This document shows positions 27,101 to 39,505 of a DNA stretch of 64,000 bases, piece after piece. This stretch comes from Catajapyx aquilonaris (lineage: Eukaryota), in contig JYFJ02000917.1 of the NCBI GenBank assembly GCA_000934665.2, positions 1 to 64,000 on the forward strand, given 5' to 3'. The notes beneath the pieces were generated by a model. It made no database searches and had not been told where the DNA came from. It saw only the letters and a program-made list of their open reading frames with translations. How positions within the stretch are numbered: position 1 is the first letter of the stretch; the number at the start of each line of letters is the position of its first letter. The position numbers were made by a program, and so were the translations under genes.

Positions 27101-28235
27101 CTTTTTCAAAGGTAATGCGGCTAGAGAAACATTCCACCAAATATAAATTGCTCCACATTTGAACTGAAACATAAAAAAATAGTAGACAGTATACGTGAGA
27201 TGTTAATTGAACAGTTTAAAAATATTCAGCAGGCGTGTTGGATTCTATAACGTCAATTATTTCAGGGGCAGTGCTTCGATCATGGCGTGGACATGACGAC
27301 GCATGTTGCAAAAATGGGATGGAATGCGAAAGATTTTGCAGACTCAGGAAGAAAAGAAGGACCCGTGTATTTGATAACGGGACATGAAGAAGGAACATTC
27401 CGAAGTAAGGAACATTTACATCAGTAGCAATCTTCTCATACAGGGGAGGTTAATAACCAAAAGGCCGGTTGCATCAACTCTAAAATGGCAACATGTCTGA
27501 TTATTATGTGTAACACTGAACACATTTACATAATCGGATATTGTTTCCTAATATGCTTTGGTACCGCATACCATAAGAATTTGCAAGGTTGTTCCGCTCT
27601 GTAAACGATACATTTAAGAGTTACATCCAATCTGAATAATTGCTGTACTCTCATTATAGAATATCACTATCATGTGAAGCTACGCTTGGCAAATCCAAGC
27701 CACGCAACTGAATGGCTCCGAGGAAAATTCACAATAACTATGCATGGAAGCCTCGACACCATTAGGAATCGACAAACTATGCAAGTATATCCTACGATTT
27801 ACAAAATTCATTTGGGCTTTCTTTTCTATGCAAAACAAACAAACAAACAAACAAATAATTCTTGGCTGCAGGAGGTCAGATATCTACTACCATGGCAAGA
27901 CGTACGATTTCCTTATCACTTCCGACATTTACACGGGCCAAGTGAATTCGATAGGGTTGAGATGGGACACCAGCAAGAACTATCTGAGGGCAATGTGTCT
28001 GCCTTTCTTCTGCAACTATCATGTCTTCATACGCAGCGTAGATATTTCTGTCGTCAGGCATTCCTCCGGACAGTAAGTGATGGCTTAACGAAACGCAGAT
28101 ATTGCGATGTAGGTGTAATAAAATCTACTGTCTTTCAGAGACCTCCAAGAACACAAGTCTCATATGGTTCCTGTTGATGGATCTGACTTTCTGGACCTCC
28201 CCAAAGCAAATTGGAAGTCTTTAAAAAGAGCGTGA
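24186..28235 (+). CDS. Pancreatic lipase-like protein, copy 6, with long hydrophobic N-terminus (11 exons; start codon uncertain)
   Basis: GHSLGAH (~25170), GLDPAGP (~26675), ACSHDRA; stop TGA 28233-28235; enlarged intron 25242-26674. Confidence 0.9.
25251..25423 (+). mobile_element. Possible non-autonomous Helitron fragment in a lipase 6 intron
   Basis: Ends GAGCAACGCCGGGTATCCTCTAG|T (GC-rich motif then CTAG before T); candidate A|TC start at 25251; no TSD. Confidence 0.35.
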
Positions 28236-29750
28236 CATGCGCTATGTACAGCAAATATCAATCATCATGTAAGCATGTACATAATAAACCACATAATATT
28301 ATTTTGTTAATAATAATTGATGCTTTCTTGTGCCTTTTTAAAAATTATGAGACGCGATTATTTTGCCGGACTTTCTCCGAGACTTCCTCAGTGTGACAGT
28401 TTGTCAAATGCAACCTAATTAAAATCCCTCAAAAATCTCATGAACATTAGTTCCAAGTATCGTAAGCAGCTGTCACGTGAGGCCTGACTATTATATGATA
28501 TCCACCTACAGTCATTGGTATCGTTGTTTCATTATGTAACACACCACGTCTCCCACGTCATAAAAAATACAGAGACAAACTGATACCAACCCTTCACTTC
28601 GTACCAACTGACCCTTGATAACTATATTAGATATCTTGATGTGGGTTAATTCGAAGGGATTACATGTTGCACACAGACTGATGTCGAGTAGCACAACACA
28701 TGCGCGGAGTGAGTCAATAAGTCACATTTTTCCACATGATTTTTAGCTGTTCATTGATAACACTCAATTTGTAGCAATATGTTGAAGCATGTATGCGAAA
28801 CCATGAATCGGTGCTGTGAATGAATACAAAGATTGTGAGCGACAGTAAGAATAATTGCTGTTACATTGCTAAATTTGCTATTATTTTTTCATCGATATTT
28901 TTGGAACCTTATTCTGTCCCTATGTAAATCCAATATTTTTGGCATGAGTAGGGGAATAATCCAACTTGTGATATGTCACTACTGTTCACAAAATGAGTAA
29001 GACGCGAACATGAGGACGGTCACAACTCACTTCAGCACGAGTAAGATAGCAGTACGTACCCAAGCCGATGCTGTCTCTAAGTGAGGTTAACCGATCACAA
29101 TATTAGTACACTATCACCCACTCTAATATTTGACCTGAAGCCTCTTATATCCTACGTGGAAATGGTATGATTAACCGGACGAACACATGTCGCCAAATAG
29201 AGTAAGGTTCATTCATTGCTGACGTATACCTCGATCATCCCATAAGGTCGCCCCCTTTTTTTTAGCTCTACATGGAAATGGCAAAGTCCAATCCAGATCT
29301 GTCGTTACTCTGTCTGTACCTCTGTCCAGACAAAGGTCCTATATAATAATCTACTATCGCAATAATTATTGACTGATTTATCCCGCATGAATCATCGTTC
29401 AGTGACCGGAATGAATTGACATGTTGTACAACTTTACTGTGACTCAGCACAGTTTCGTATAATTAAAAACAGTATCCATAATACATTATATTGATATTGC
29501 ATCAAGTTGTGTATTTAATTACAAACATAATACTAATCGAATAGTGGTATTGGCTAACGGAAAATCCGCACCTCCGGACCTACGATTATGATATCCTCAA
29601 ATCATCAAGTGATGTGTTGATGACGAATACACACACTATCACTCTTATCATTACCTTTGGGCAACATATTGCTTGGTTCTGTATGTAGCATATGTCACAC
29701 AGTTTGTGCACGAGCTTCGTCGCGGTCAGTTCTGTTGAATTTTATTTAGA

Positions 29751-32167
29751 ATGGGACTAAAAACGAAGATCTTGCTGGCACCTTTCTTCACCTACGCTTT
29801 TGTAGAATTACTGTACCACGCGTATTACTTTCTGTGGATAACCAAAGTATCAATATTAGGTAAGTAATTTGGTTAACTTTTTGTGAACCTACTGAACATT
29901 GCCGCTCTCATTAATGACGCTACTAATATTTAGGCTTCACGACTCTGTCAAAATGTTACGGAAAACTGGGTTGCGTCAACGTCACTCAAGAATGGTACCA
30001 CACTATGTACAGGCCGTTCAATGTGCTGCCTTTGGATCGACACGTGGTGAACACTAATTTCGTCCTTTTTACCAAAGATGGCCCAGAAATGGTAATGCAA
30101 ATTTGGCATTTAAAAATCAATTTGTAATCTTAATTAATTAATTCGAATGGCACAGGGAGAATCGGTCACTGCAGAAGACCCTAACACTATTATCACTTCG
30201 CATTTTGATGTGAACAATCCCATTGTTTTCATTGTTCACGGATTATTCGACACCGGAAACTCTCCATGGTTAACGGTAAGTTTAATACAACACATCTTAA
30301 AATTCAATCTAACCTAATTTTTTTGCGCAGATTTTGGCAAAATCCATACTGAAATATAAAGGTCCTGCAAATGTGTTCAAAGTTGATTGGGGAGGTGGCT
30401 CATTTCCACCTTACTTTCTGGCATCTGCCAATGCAAGGTTGGTCGGCTTGGAAATGGGATACTTTGGCACAATGCTGATTGTAAGTAAATTACACAGTAA
30501 CAAACTATAGCACCCGATAAATGTACGTGTCAACTTCCAGACTAAGTTTGGTGCAAAGGCTAGTAACATGCACATCATCGGTCACAGTTTGGGAGCACAT
30601 ATTGCCAGCTACACTGCAGACAAGATTCCAGGGATTGGAATAATTACAGGCAAGTATATTATGAAAAGCAAATATGTAGTGTCATGTACTGATTTAAATA
30701 TGATTACAAAAGGTCTTGATCCTGCTGGTCTCTATTACCACCACGATATGCCTCTTTCCACTCGGCTGGATCACACCGATGCCAAATTCGTGCAAGCTAT
30801 TCACACCGATGGATCTCCTTTCTGGCAACTTGGTAATGACACTAATAAGCATTAAATTATTATGATCTATTAACAGCAATAATATTAGTCTCATGTTTTG
30901 CTACAATCAGGATATGGATATAAGGAAAGGTGTGGGCATGTGGATTTCTACCCGAATAGTGGAGAGAGACAGCCAGGATGCGAGTTGACTTCGATTCTGA
31001 CTAAAATCACCGAAACAGGTCTCCTTGGATTTTTGCGAACGTTATTTGCATGCAGTCATGTACGTTCAATCGACCTTTACATTGATTCGTTTATGCCTGG
31101 TGCTTCATATGTGGGGTATGAGTGCACTGATTACGACACCTTTTCAAAGGTAAATAACAACATTGCACAGAGTTTCACGATCACTGCCAACTATTACACA
31201 ACACTTACCTAATAAGGCACTTGATTTCGTGCAGTTATCACTACATGTTAGTGAACAATTGCTTATAAGTGTGTGGCAAGGCTCTACAATACATACTGTA
31301 AGCAATAATCATCTAATGCAGACTGTATTCTTTCAGGGCCAATGCTTTGATTGTGGAGAAGACAACAGTCGTTGTGCAAAGATGGGCTGGAATGCAGCAA
31401 ATTACGCAAAGACAGGACGCAAAGAGGTGTCTATGTACTTTGTAACTGGAAAGCAGGCATCATACAGCAGTAAGTTATTACTTGACACCTCAACTCTATA
31501 TACTGTACTTATATTGAATTATTAACCAGCATAAACTATAGTGCAAATATTACTCATGATTACTGCTTTTGCAATTGTTTTGTCTCCTTCAGAATACCAC
31601 TACCATGTCAAGGTTCAGTTGGCCAACATCAGCAATGCCCCAGAGTATATTCGAGGGCAGCTCACGTTAACTCTGCATGGTACTCAGGAGACTATTCACA
31701 ACCAGTTCTTAACACCGTAAGTCCTATAATTATTAGGAACGAACTGTATGCACCTTTTAATGGCTGCTTTTAATATAGGGATTCAGATGCATTTTACCAT
31801 GGTAAAATCCACGAGTTTCTTTTTGTGTCTGATATTGATGTCGGCCAAGTAAAATCATCTGAACTGCTCTGGAACCACAAGCAGGACATCTTTGAAAAGA
31901 TGTTCATACCAGTTTTCTTCCTGAATCATCTCCATGTTTCCAAAATGGAGGTTTCCATCGTAAGACATTGCCCTGAACTGTGAGTATATGCAAGTGAGGT
32001 CGAACTACAGGCACTAACACTATAATAACAGGGTGATAACAATATTATTTTAAATGCCTCATGTTTTCAGAGAACTTCGAAAATTCACCTTTCAACTGGC
32101 CCCTGGAGATGGAAGGAGCCATGCCACAATCAGCAATGGGCATTTCCAAACATTGAGAATTGTGTAA
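29751..32167 (+). CDS. Pancreatic lipase-like protein, copy 7, hydrophobic aromatic N-terminus (11 exons)
   Basis: MGLKTKILLAPFFTYAFVELLYHAYYFLWITKVSILG; GHSLGAH, GLDPAG, ACSHVRS; stop TAA 32165-32167. Confidence 0.9.
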
Positions 32168-32562
32168 CTATCATTAGACCTACATGCAATCGGCTAACAC
32201 GAGTGAGGACAGTTATTCTCATCGCCAGCACATCATCAAATATCCGACTGAAACTCCTTGAGGATTATACTTATATCCTCTCAGCAGATGAAGACCACAC
32301 TCAAGCGTTTTCACAATTCCCTGCCACAATTTGCAAGACCAATGATGATAGGAGGTGGACTTTAGAAGGAGCTTCATGATTTTCATGTAAAGTCAGGTGT
32401 CTGCATTCCAACTTTAATATCTATTAGCACACCTCATCATATTGATAATCTACTGTTTCATAGCATATACGTTCATGTTGAATCAGCGAAATCACCAGCT
32501 TTACACTGAACTTGTCTGAGCTCATTACAAAGTCCATCTGGTGGACTTACGAGCTCCAACAA

Positions 32563-32710
32563 CAAGGGGGTAATCACTTCGGTACTCCGGTGTACACCTG
32601 GGAGTGGTACTCCCTCGTACTCGTCAGGCACCTCACTCTTTATTACTCCGTGGTACTCCTTGAATTTGGTACTCCAGTGTACACTTTTCAGTCGAGTGAT
32701 TACCCCCTTG
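32563..32710. mobile_element. 148-bp MITE, hAT-like
   Basis: Perfect 16-bp TIR CAAGGGGGTAATCACT / AGTGATTACCCCCTTG; 8-bp TSD TCCAACAA (32555-32562, 32711-32718); internal GGTACTCC repeats. Confidence 0.85.
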
Positions 32711-35700
32711 TCCAACAAGGTACATGCAAAACCAGAAAATTCCTGCTCAACATGAATATACAGTCGAGACCTTAACAAACATGACATGTACGGTACTACT
32801 CTAGGTATGGTATGTTAATAGTGTTTTCACACTTAGGCAGAAACATTATCAGTTTTGCACTTCATTGTCAGCAAGTTGCAAGTAGCATCCATCAGTGTGC
32901 TTGCAACTGTTCATATTAGTTATTGCAGTTAACTGTAGCCTTCAAAAAATTAATCGAATAACACACAGGCATTGAAATTCCTAACATTACCTATCCTATC
33001 CTATACAAATAATTCAGAACACACAACATTTGAATCACCCATGTCGGGCATCCAAGCTAAAGTACTAGAAATGTAATGGCACTCTGGCACTGAACACATT
33101 GTCATAAAAAAATAGGAATAAATAAAGCATTTATTTTTGCAAACCTTTTCCGCATAATTTAATGACCAATGTCCTAATACATAATATGATTGTCTGAATA
33201 TGCAACAAAATTATGAATACCCTGAAGAAAATCAATCTGTAGAGTTGCCCTTAACAAGACATATGTCTGCATTACATCATTGCATTGCAATTCAAGCCTG
33301 ACATAAGAGGCTCCCGTATAAATATAGAAGAGTTATCCAGAATGTGGTTGTTGGTTTGAAATATATTGCTCCTCGAGTAATTCCTTGGTGAGATACATTT
33401 CGAAGAACACACTTGAACATACCAACAACCCAAATAGCTTATATGCAAGTTATGAGCAGAACAGCTAGCAATCCACTTGAGAATGATTGAGTTTGATCCT
33501 AGTCCTAGTTCTATGTTTGTGCATATTCATGTATTATCTGAATTGGTGGCCGAGCTGTCACCGGCTAGGCCACCGCAAGTCCCCTTTGAACCTCTACTGG
33601 TTGAGCTCATCTTGCAGGCCTGCCATATTTTGGTCTATACTGAAACATACCTCACTCACAAGTCAATGCTCTTGAATTGTACTTTGGATTGAGCATCTGT
33701 TTCTTCTCTGCCATGATCGGAATGTTTGACTCACTCCATACTTTGCACCATCACCTGTTCGAGATACTTTTATCTGCAAATGATCTCGCCCAGTACAGAA
33801 TTATCCTATCAATAACTAATATAACAGACATAACAGGTACTTCCTGATAACCCTCACAATGCTATCAACAACACAGAATGCATTTTGATAACCACTGCCC
33901 AAGGAGACAACACCTCGTTTGGTGCCACATGTGAATTAAAAGCCGGTACAGCTTTTTACTATGCACGGCACACAGGCTGGCACACACATAACTGCCCCGC
34001 TTGTGTCAAAACATCTGATGTAGAATTCTCAAAACAACCATTAGTAATTACCTTGGGAGCACCTTAGCAAAGTCTGCCTCCAGGAACGTTCTGAAAAATT
34101 TATAAAATAACACCTAGTGACTTAAATTCATGACACTGAAGAGATTAGGCCTATGCATATTCAGAATACACATCGTATGAATCACCCAAGTGACTCATCC
34201 AAGGATTCCAAGCGAATGCACTAGAAATGTAACGAAATTATGGGACTGACAGTGAGTACAATGTCAGAAAAATAAGAATGATAAATTAAGCACGCATTTT
34301 TGCAGACCATTCTGCATAATTTATTGAACAAAATCCTGAAAGTTATACATTATTCCCTTGTCTGAATCCATAACAAAATGATTTATATCATGAAAAAAAA
34401 AAAATCTCATGATAGAGAGTATGGCACTCCATTGTTGCCCCTTACAATGATGGAATGCATTCCATCAATGCATTGCATTCCATCAATTCATTGCAATTCA
34501 TGCAAGCAAGCCCGAAATAAGAGCCTCCATATAAATATAGCAAAGTCTTCCCCGGAAATGTGATTGTCATTGTAAATGCTCCTTGCGTAATTTCTCGGAA
34601 GAACACACTTGAACATACCAACAATCTGAACAGCTTATCAAAGTTATGAAGTTGAAAAGCTGGTAATCCACTTGAAAATATCTGTGCTTGGTTCTAGTCC
34701 TACTTTTGTGCAAATTCATGTATTAGCTGAACTGGTGTGCTTGTTGTAACATCCATGTTGGTCTAGTGATCCAGTAGATACATGTTGCTCTTTATGGTGA
34801 TTATGTCTCATTGATGTATCAGGTTTCAATGGATCACTTCTTGATTCTCGACCAGGATGAGGGTGTGATTGTCTTGCTGTGGTGCTTGCATCAACCCAAG
34901 TGCTGAAGCTAAAATTATGTAACAAGATTAGAATAATTAGAATAAATAATTAAATATTGTGATCAATCGATAATATTGCAATTCTGGCATACATGACATG
35001 ATGCAACACATTACATAACTAAGGCACTTTATCAAAGCATTTATAATAACCTACCTCTTAATCATATGGCCATGCAATAAGAAGTGTGGCATCTTGCTGG
35101 AACTTGTGTGACACACTGTTATATTCCCTGCTGGTACTGAATCTGATCAAGATCTGTGATCACCCAATATATGTAGGGGCTCACCAAAGAAAGTGGGTTG
35201 CTATCTGTTCCTCACAACTTCACATTTATACATGGTGTCATGTCACTTATCAAGATGTTCCTGGTCACCTTGTCAAACTAACTTGTACTCGGCCACTCTG
35301 AACTGGTTTGGGAATTCTCTTTCATGCATGTACTAAACGTTCTCAAGATTACAGTTCTTCGCACCCAGGTAAACAACTTGTGTATAGTACACTAACTACC
35401 AATGTTAGACATGGTAAGATTTTCGAAAGAGACAGATACACACCTGCTTTCAGGATTCTTGGACCAGGGTAGAAAATTTTGACGGCTGAAAAGAAGCCAT
35501 AACCTTCATCAGAATATTTACACATATTATACATATAGTGATGACTGGATCACAGGGATTGGTCAGTGTGGGGTCAACCACAATTTACAAGTGACCACCT
35601 GCATCTCAATTTCTCAGTTGGCATCTAATTGGCTGAAAACCGAATTCCACTTTTTATAACAAGATTGATAGAAACAAATTCATCAAACATTATTGCAACA

Positions 35701-36242
35701 TTAGGCAAGACTGATCCTAGAACACATTAGGCCAGTTGAACTGGACTAACAAGTAATTCTGTGTTTTTACAGTTTGAGCTCGTCTTCCAGGTCTCTGATC
35801 GTTTGTCCTGTACTGAAACATACCCACTCACAAGTCAATGCTCTTGAAGTACTTTGGATTCACCATCCACTTATGTCTGTAGTGAAAAGAATGTTTACAT
35901 CACTCCATACTTTGCACCGTCACCTGTTCAAAATACATTAATCCACAAGTTATCTGGAGTACCGAATTATCCCATCAGTATCGAATCTAACAGATGTAAC
36001 AGGTTAAGCTGTACTGTACTGTACTTCCTGATAACCTTTGCAATGCTATCCGCAACACAGCATGCACTTTGATAACCCCGACCCAAGAAGACAACACTTC
36101 GTTCGGTGAACTGCAAAATAACCTGTGCCGACCTGTGAACCTCAATATTACCTTGTGCTAATTGTCATATTCACAAAAATAGTTCAAACACTGAAAATGA
36201 AATAAACACAATAGGAAAGTAACATGGCCTAACCTGTACTCT

Positions 36243-38694
36243 TCATCCATATATCATCTTGACTTTAAGTCCTGGAATTGCTGTTCTCAATGACTTCACG
36301 CTTATCAATGTGGATTTGAATTCCCTTGCAATTCTAAATCCCCGTTGCATGTATGGGCAAGAGTAAGGCATTTCTGTCCACCTAGTGCCAGGGGCCGGAA
36401 TTGGTCCAAGGATGAGAGTCTTCAGCTCTTTGGAGTGCTTGGCAATTGTATTCCAGCAGGAATCACTTACATACTGCACAAAGCCATAGAGGTGTAAGTA
36501 CGTCAGCTTTGAGACAAAATGAGGCTGAGACAAAATCGCATTGACCTCTGGGTAAGCATTCGAAAAGCAATTCTTCTCGGCGAAGATGGTGAGTCGACGG
36601 AGATTGCGCAGTCTGCCAAGGCCATTCAGTAAGGTGGATTCTGATACTCCACCTGTGCAAGTGAGAGTCAATGATTCGAGATGATGGCAGTGGGACAAAA
36701 TCAGATATGAATCATCTTCACACAAGCCATCTAGACACAGCACTCTGAGCTGTGTCCCTGCAGCATTCACTAGAGCCTTAAACTCTGCATCGCACCATCT
36801 GTATGTCAACCTGACTTCTGTCAGATTGGCATAGGCACCAGGGAGAAGCTTTTTCACGGAAGAAGAATCGAAATATCCCCATGGATTATGCATACTCAGA
36901 GTCTGCAGACGGGGACAGAGTGAGAAAATATTGACAGAGCTCATTTGTTCTCTCTCCTTGAGCATGCAACGATCAAAATGGACCTTCTGAAGGGCAGTGC
37001 AATCTCTTACCACTGCGACCACGGTGGAATTCCATTCGATGGTGCAGTCTGTCATTTCCAGAGTCTCAAGAGCACGGCAGTTTTCTGCCAATGCAAGCAA
37101 AATTGAGTCTACTGGGCTAAAAAATCTCAGATCAACGGTCTTCAAATGAGTCCACCTTCCTATCAAATCCAAAACTCTTGTATTTTTCTTGCCCCTTGGA
37201 GAGATCATCTTCACTGATGTCCAAATGCTATAGTCCTCTATTAACACCCTCCAATGCTTGCACACAAGGGAAGCTCCGTGAACTCTGGCCCCTTGTGGCA
37301 AGTAACTGAATATCTTCCACAACAGCTCTTTCGAAAGGGAAGCAAAACTTGCAGGTGGTTCTTTCCCAACCTGAAAATCAAAAATTCATGTTCAGTGGCA
37401 CAACCAGTATATAAGTTCTAAGGCAGGATAGAGCCCTACATGTGACACGTAGTACGCCTACACTATCTTACACAATGTGGGGAAAGAAACGAGGGCTTGG
37501 GAATATGAAATTGAGCAAATTTCATCACTGCATTCTTCTCTGAAAATCTACAAGCAGTTTAATTTTAACTGCCTTTGAATGTCTGCAACGATGCTTCAGT
37601 GGGGAAAAGCAACTGGTAGTTAGAAATAAAGTACAAAAATATGTTCAGTGTAATAAGCATTAAATCTTGCCCACAAAGAGCGAGGAGGGTTTGTAGTTTT
37701 GTATCACGGAATCCTGAATGGCTGCGGACTGATGGGAGGAGTGGACGGGGCTCTCTTTCCCATCTTTCACCCGGAAGATATTATGGCTTTCGCCTTCTGC
37801 CGCCTTTGTAAGTAGTACGTGCACAAACACTTCACTCTACAGGTATACCCAGCCTTACACTGATGTACTCATATAGCCACCAAATGAGCATATTTAAAAT
37901 TCTGTTCACAACTATGTTTTGGGCATGCTAAAAAGTGTGGGTAATAAAGTAATTACAACATTACTTCAGATAAATGCCATTCCAGCATATCCCAGGGTTT
38001 ACTGGTGCAGGACTTTGTCTAATTACTTAAAGCCACATTTACATATGAGCGATTTATCAGCGATGTTACAGCATGTTACAGCAGAGTGATTGCTGACTGA
38101 TGAGCCCAATTGTTTGGGGCGAAAATATATTGTTAGCATCACTGTTACTTTTGCTCAGCGACGTACATCACTGCAACATCGTTGATAAGTTGTTCGCACG
38201 TAAATGCGGCTTAAGCAGCGTTTACTACGGTATACAGACTTGATCGCGCGATATCATCACTGAGTGATAACAACACTGAGTAACCCAAGTAACCAGTATT
38301 GTTGGGAGGCGAAAATCGATTGTTACTTTTACATCAAACAATATTGGTTACTTCGAGGGGAGGCGAAGTGGCGCTGCGGTAACGTATGCGCCCACGGATG
38401 TTAAGGTCCCGGGTTCGATCCCAACCCGGGGACACCCCCTTCATCTCGTGCAGAGTTCGTTGGGGGTCACCTCTGGCTTCGTCTCGGGTGGTATTTCCTA
38501 CAGACTAAACCACCCGGGGGAGTTCACTAAAAATGGCCTCGTTTAAGACATTGCACTGCACCTTGCACATCCCCTCCTGTCATCCTGCCCGTGGGCCCGG
38601 GCGTTACGTATAAAGGCTCCGATGTACACGACAAATTAAATAAAGGTCCGTGCTACATACCTCCGTCGAGGTCAAGCACTACCCCGGATTATTA

Positions 38695-38747
<53 letters not shown>

Positions 38748-39505
38748 GGTTACTTCGATCAGCAATGACTTCGCTCCGCTTTGCTCATCAAATCTCTCGC
38801 ATGTAAACATCAAAATTATCACGTAACTGAATGTTCATAACTCTGGAAGCTACAACTAGTGTAACATCTCTTTCAGTACCTCTGCGGCCTTGGGCGTTCC
38901 TATTCCTTCAGCTCCACCTTCTGCTCCCTCCTCATGTCCTTCGGCTCCACCTTCTGCTTCATGCCCGCTTTCTTCCGATCCAGACACAGCTTCCTGTTCC
39001 CTCCCTCCTTCACGCGAATCCAAATTTTCTGGCAATTCTCCACCCTGCAAAGTCATGTCCGTTGAACTACATGCCGTTCAACAGGAAATAAAACTAAACA
39101 CAAAAAAACATTGGCCATACCTCTGCCATTGCTGGAGATGAGTCAGGCCTTCAGTCGAGTAGTGTCTGCCCTGCTCTCTACAATCTTCAGATGCCTCAAT
39201 ATGTCCAGCCTCAGGGACACCTACAATGGATACAAAAATCAGGAATGTTTCCCACATAATTATGCTGTTTGGATCACTGCTGAAAAGAAGCAACAAGTGT
39301 CTGCTGTATACCCGTGTCTTATCCGTAGTCTAAGCTTGGGTTGATCCAGGCTGCAGTCAGACAACGCCCCAGCACAACAACTGGAGGGTCCGGAGTCCGA
39401 GGAGGCAAAGGACTGAGAGGAATGGGAGACGCCCAAAGAGACACATTCTGCGAAACAGGAGACATCTCTTCCCTGGATGGGGAGGGGTGAGACCGAATGG
39501 GCCAT
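36243..39505 (-). CDS. F-box/leucine-rich-repeat (FBXL-type) protein; main exon 37371-36243, upstream low-complexity exons (~39066-38879, ~39221-39120, candidate ~37803-37672); start uncertain
   Basis: FASLSKELLWKIFSYLP...ASLVCKHWRVLIEDYSIW is an F-box pattern; repeated CxxLxxLxL LRR units follow; phase-0 GT/AG junction to the Glu/Gly-rich exon. Confidence 0.85.
38031..38210. mobile_element. PIF/Harbinger-like MITE in the F-box gene intron
   Basis: Imperfect ~35-bp TIRs (AGCCACATTTACATATGAGCGATTTATCAGCGATGTT vs reverse complement AGCCGCATTTACGTGCGAACAACTTATCAACGATGTT) with TAA/TTA flanks. Confidence 0.6.
38357..38743 (+). mobile_element. Full-length tRNA-derived SINE with (TAT)n tail
   Basis: A box TGGCGCTGCGG and B box GGTTCGATCCC; head resembles tRNA-Arg(ACG); TAT microsatellite tail ~38689-38743; perfect 15-bp TSD TATTGGTTACTTCGA (38342-38356, 38744-38758). 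Confidence 0.9.

Noticed and set aside
38360..38432. Functional tRNA gene
   Set aside because: Acceptor and anticodon stems do not pair well; followed by a body, TAT tail and TSD, so it is a SINE head
38591..38806. Poly-tyrosine ORF
   Set aside because: Translation of the SINE (TAT)n tail
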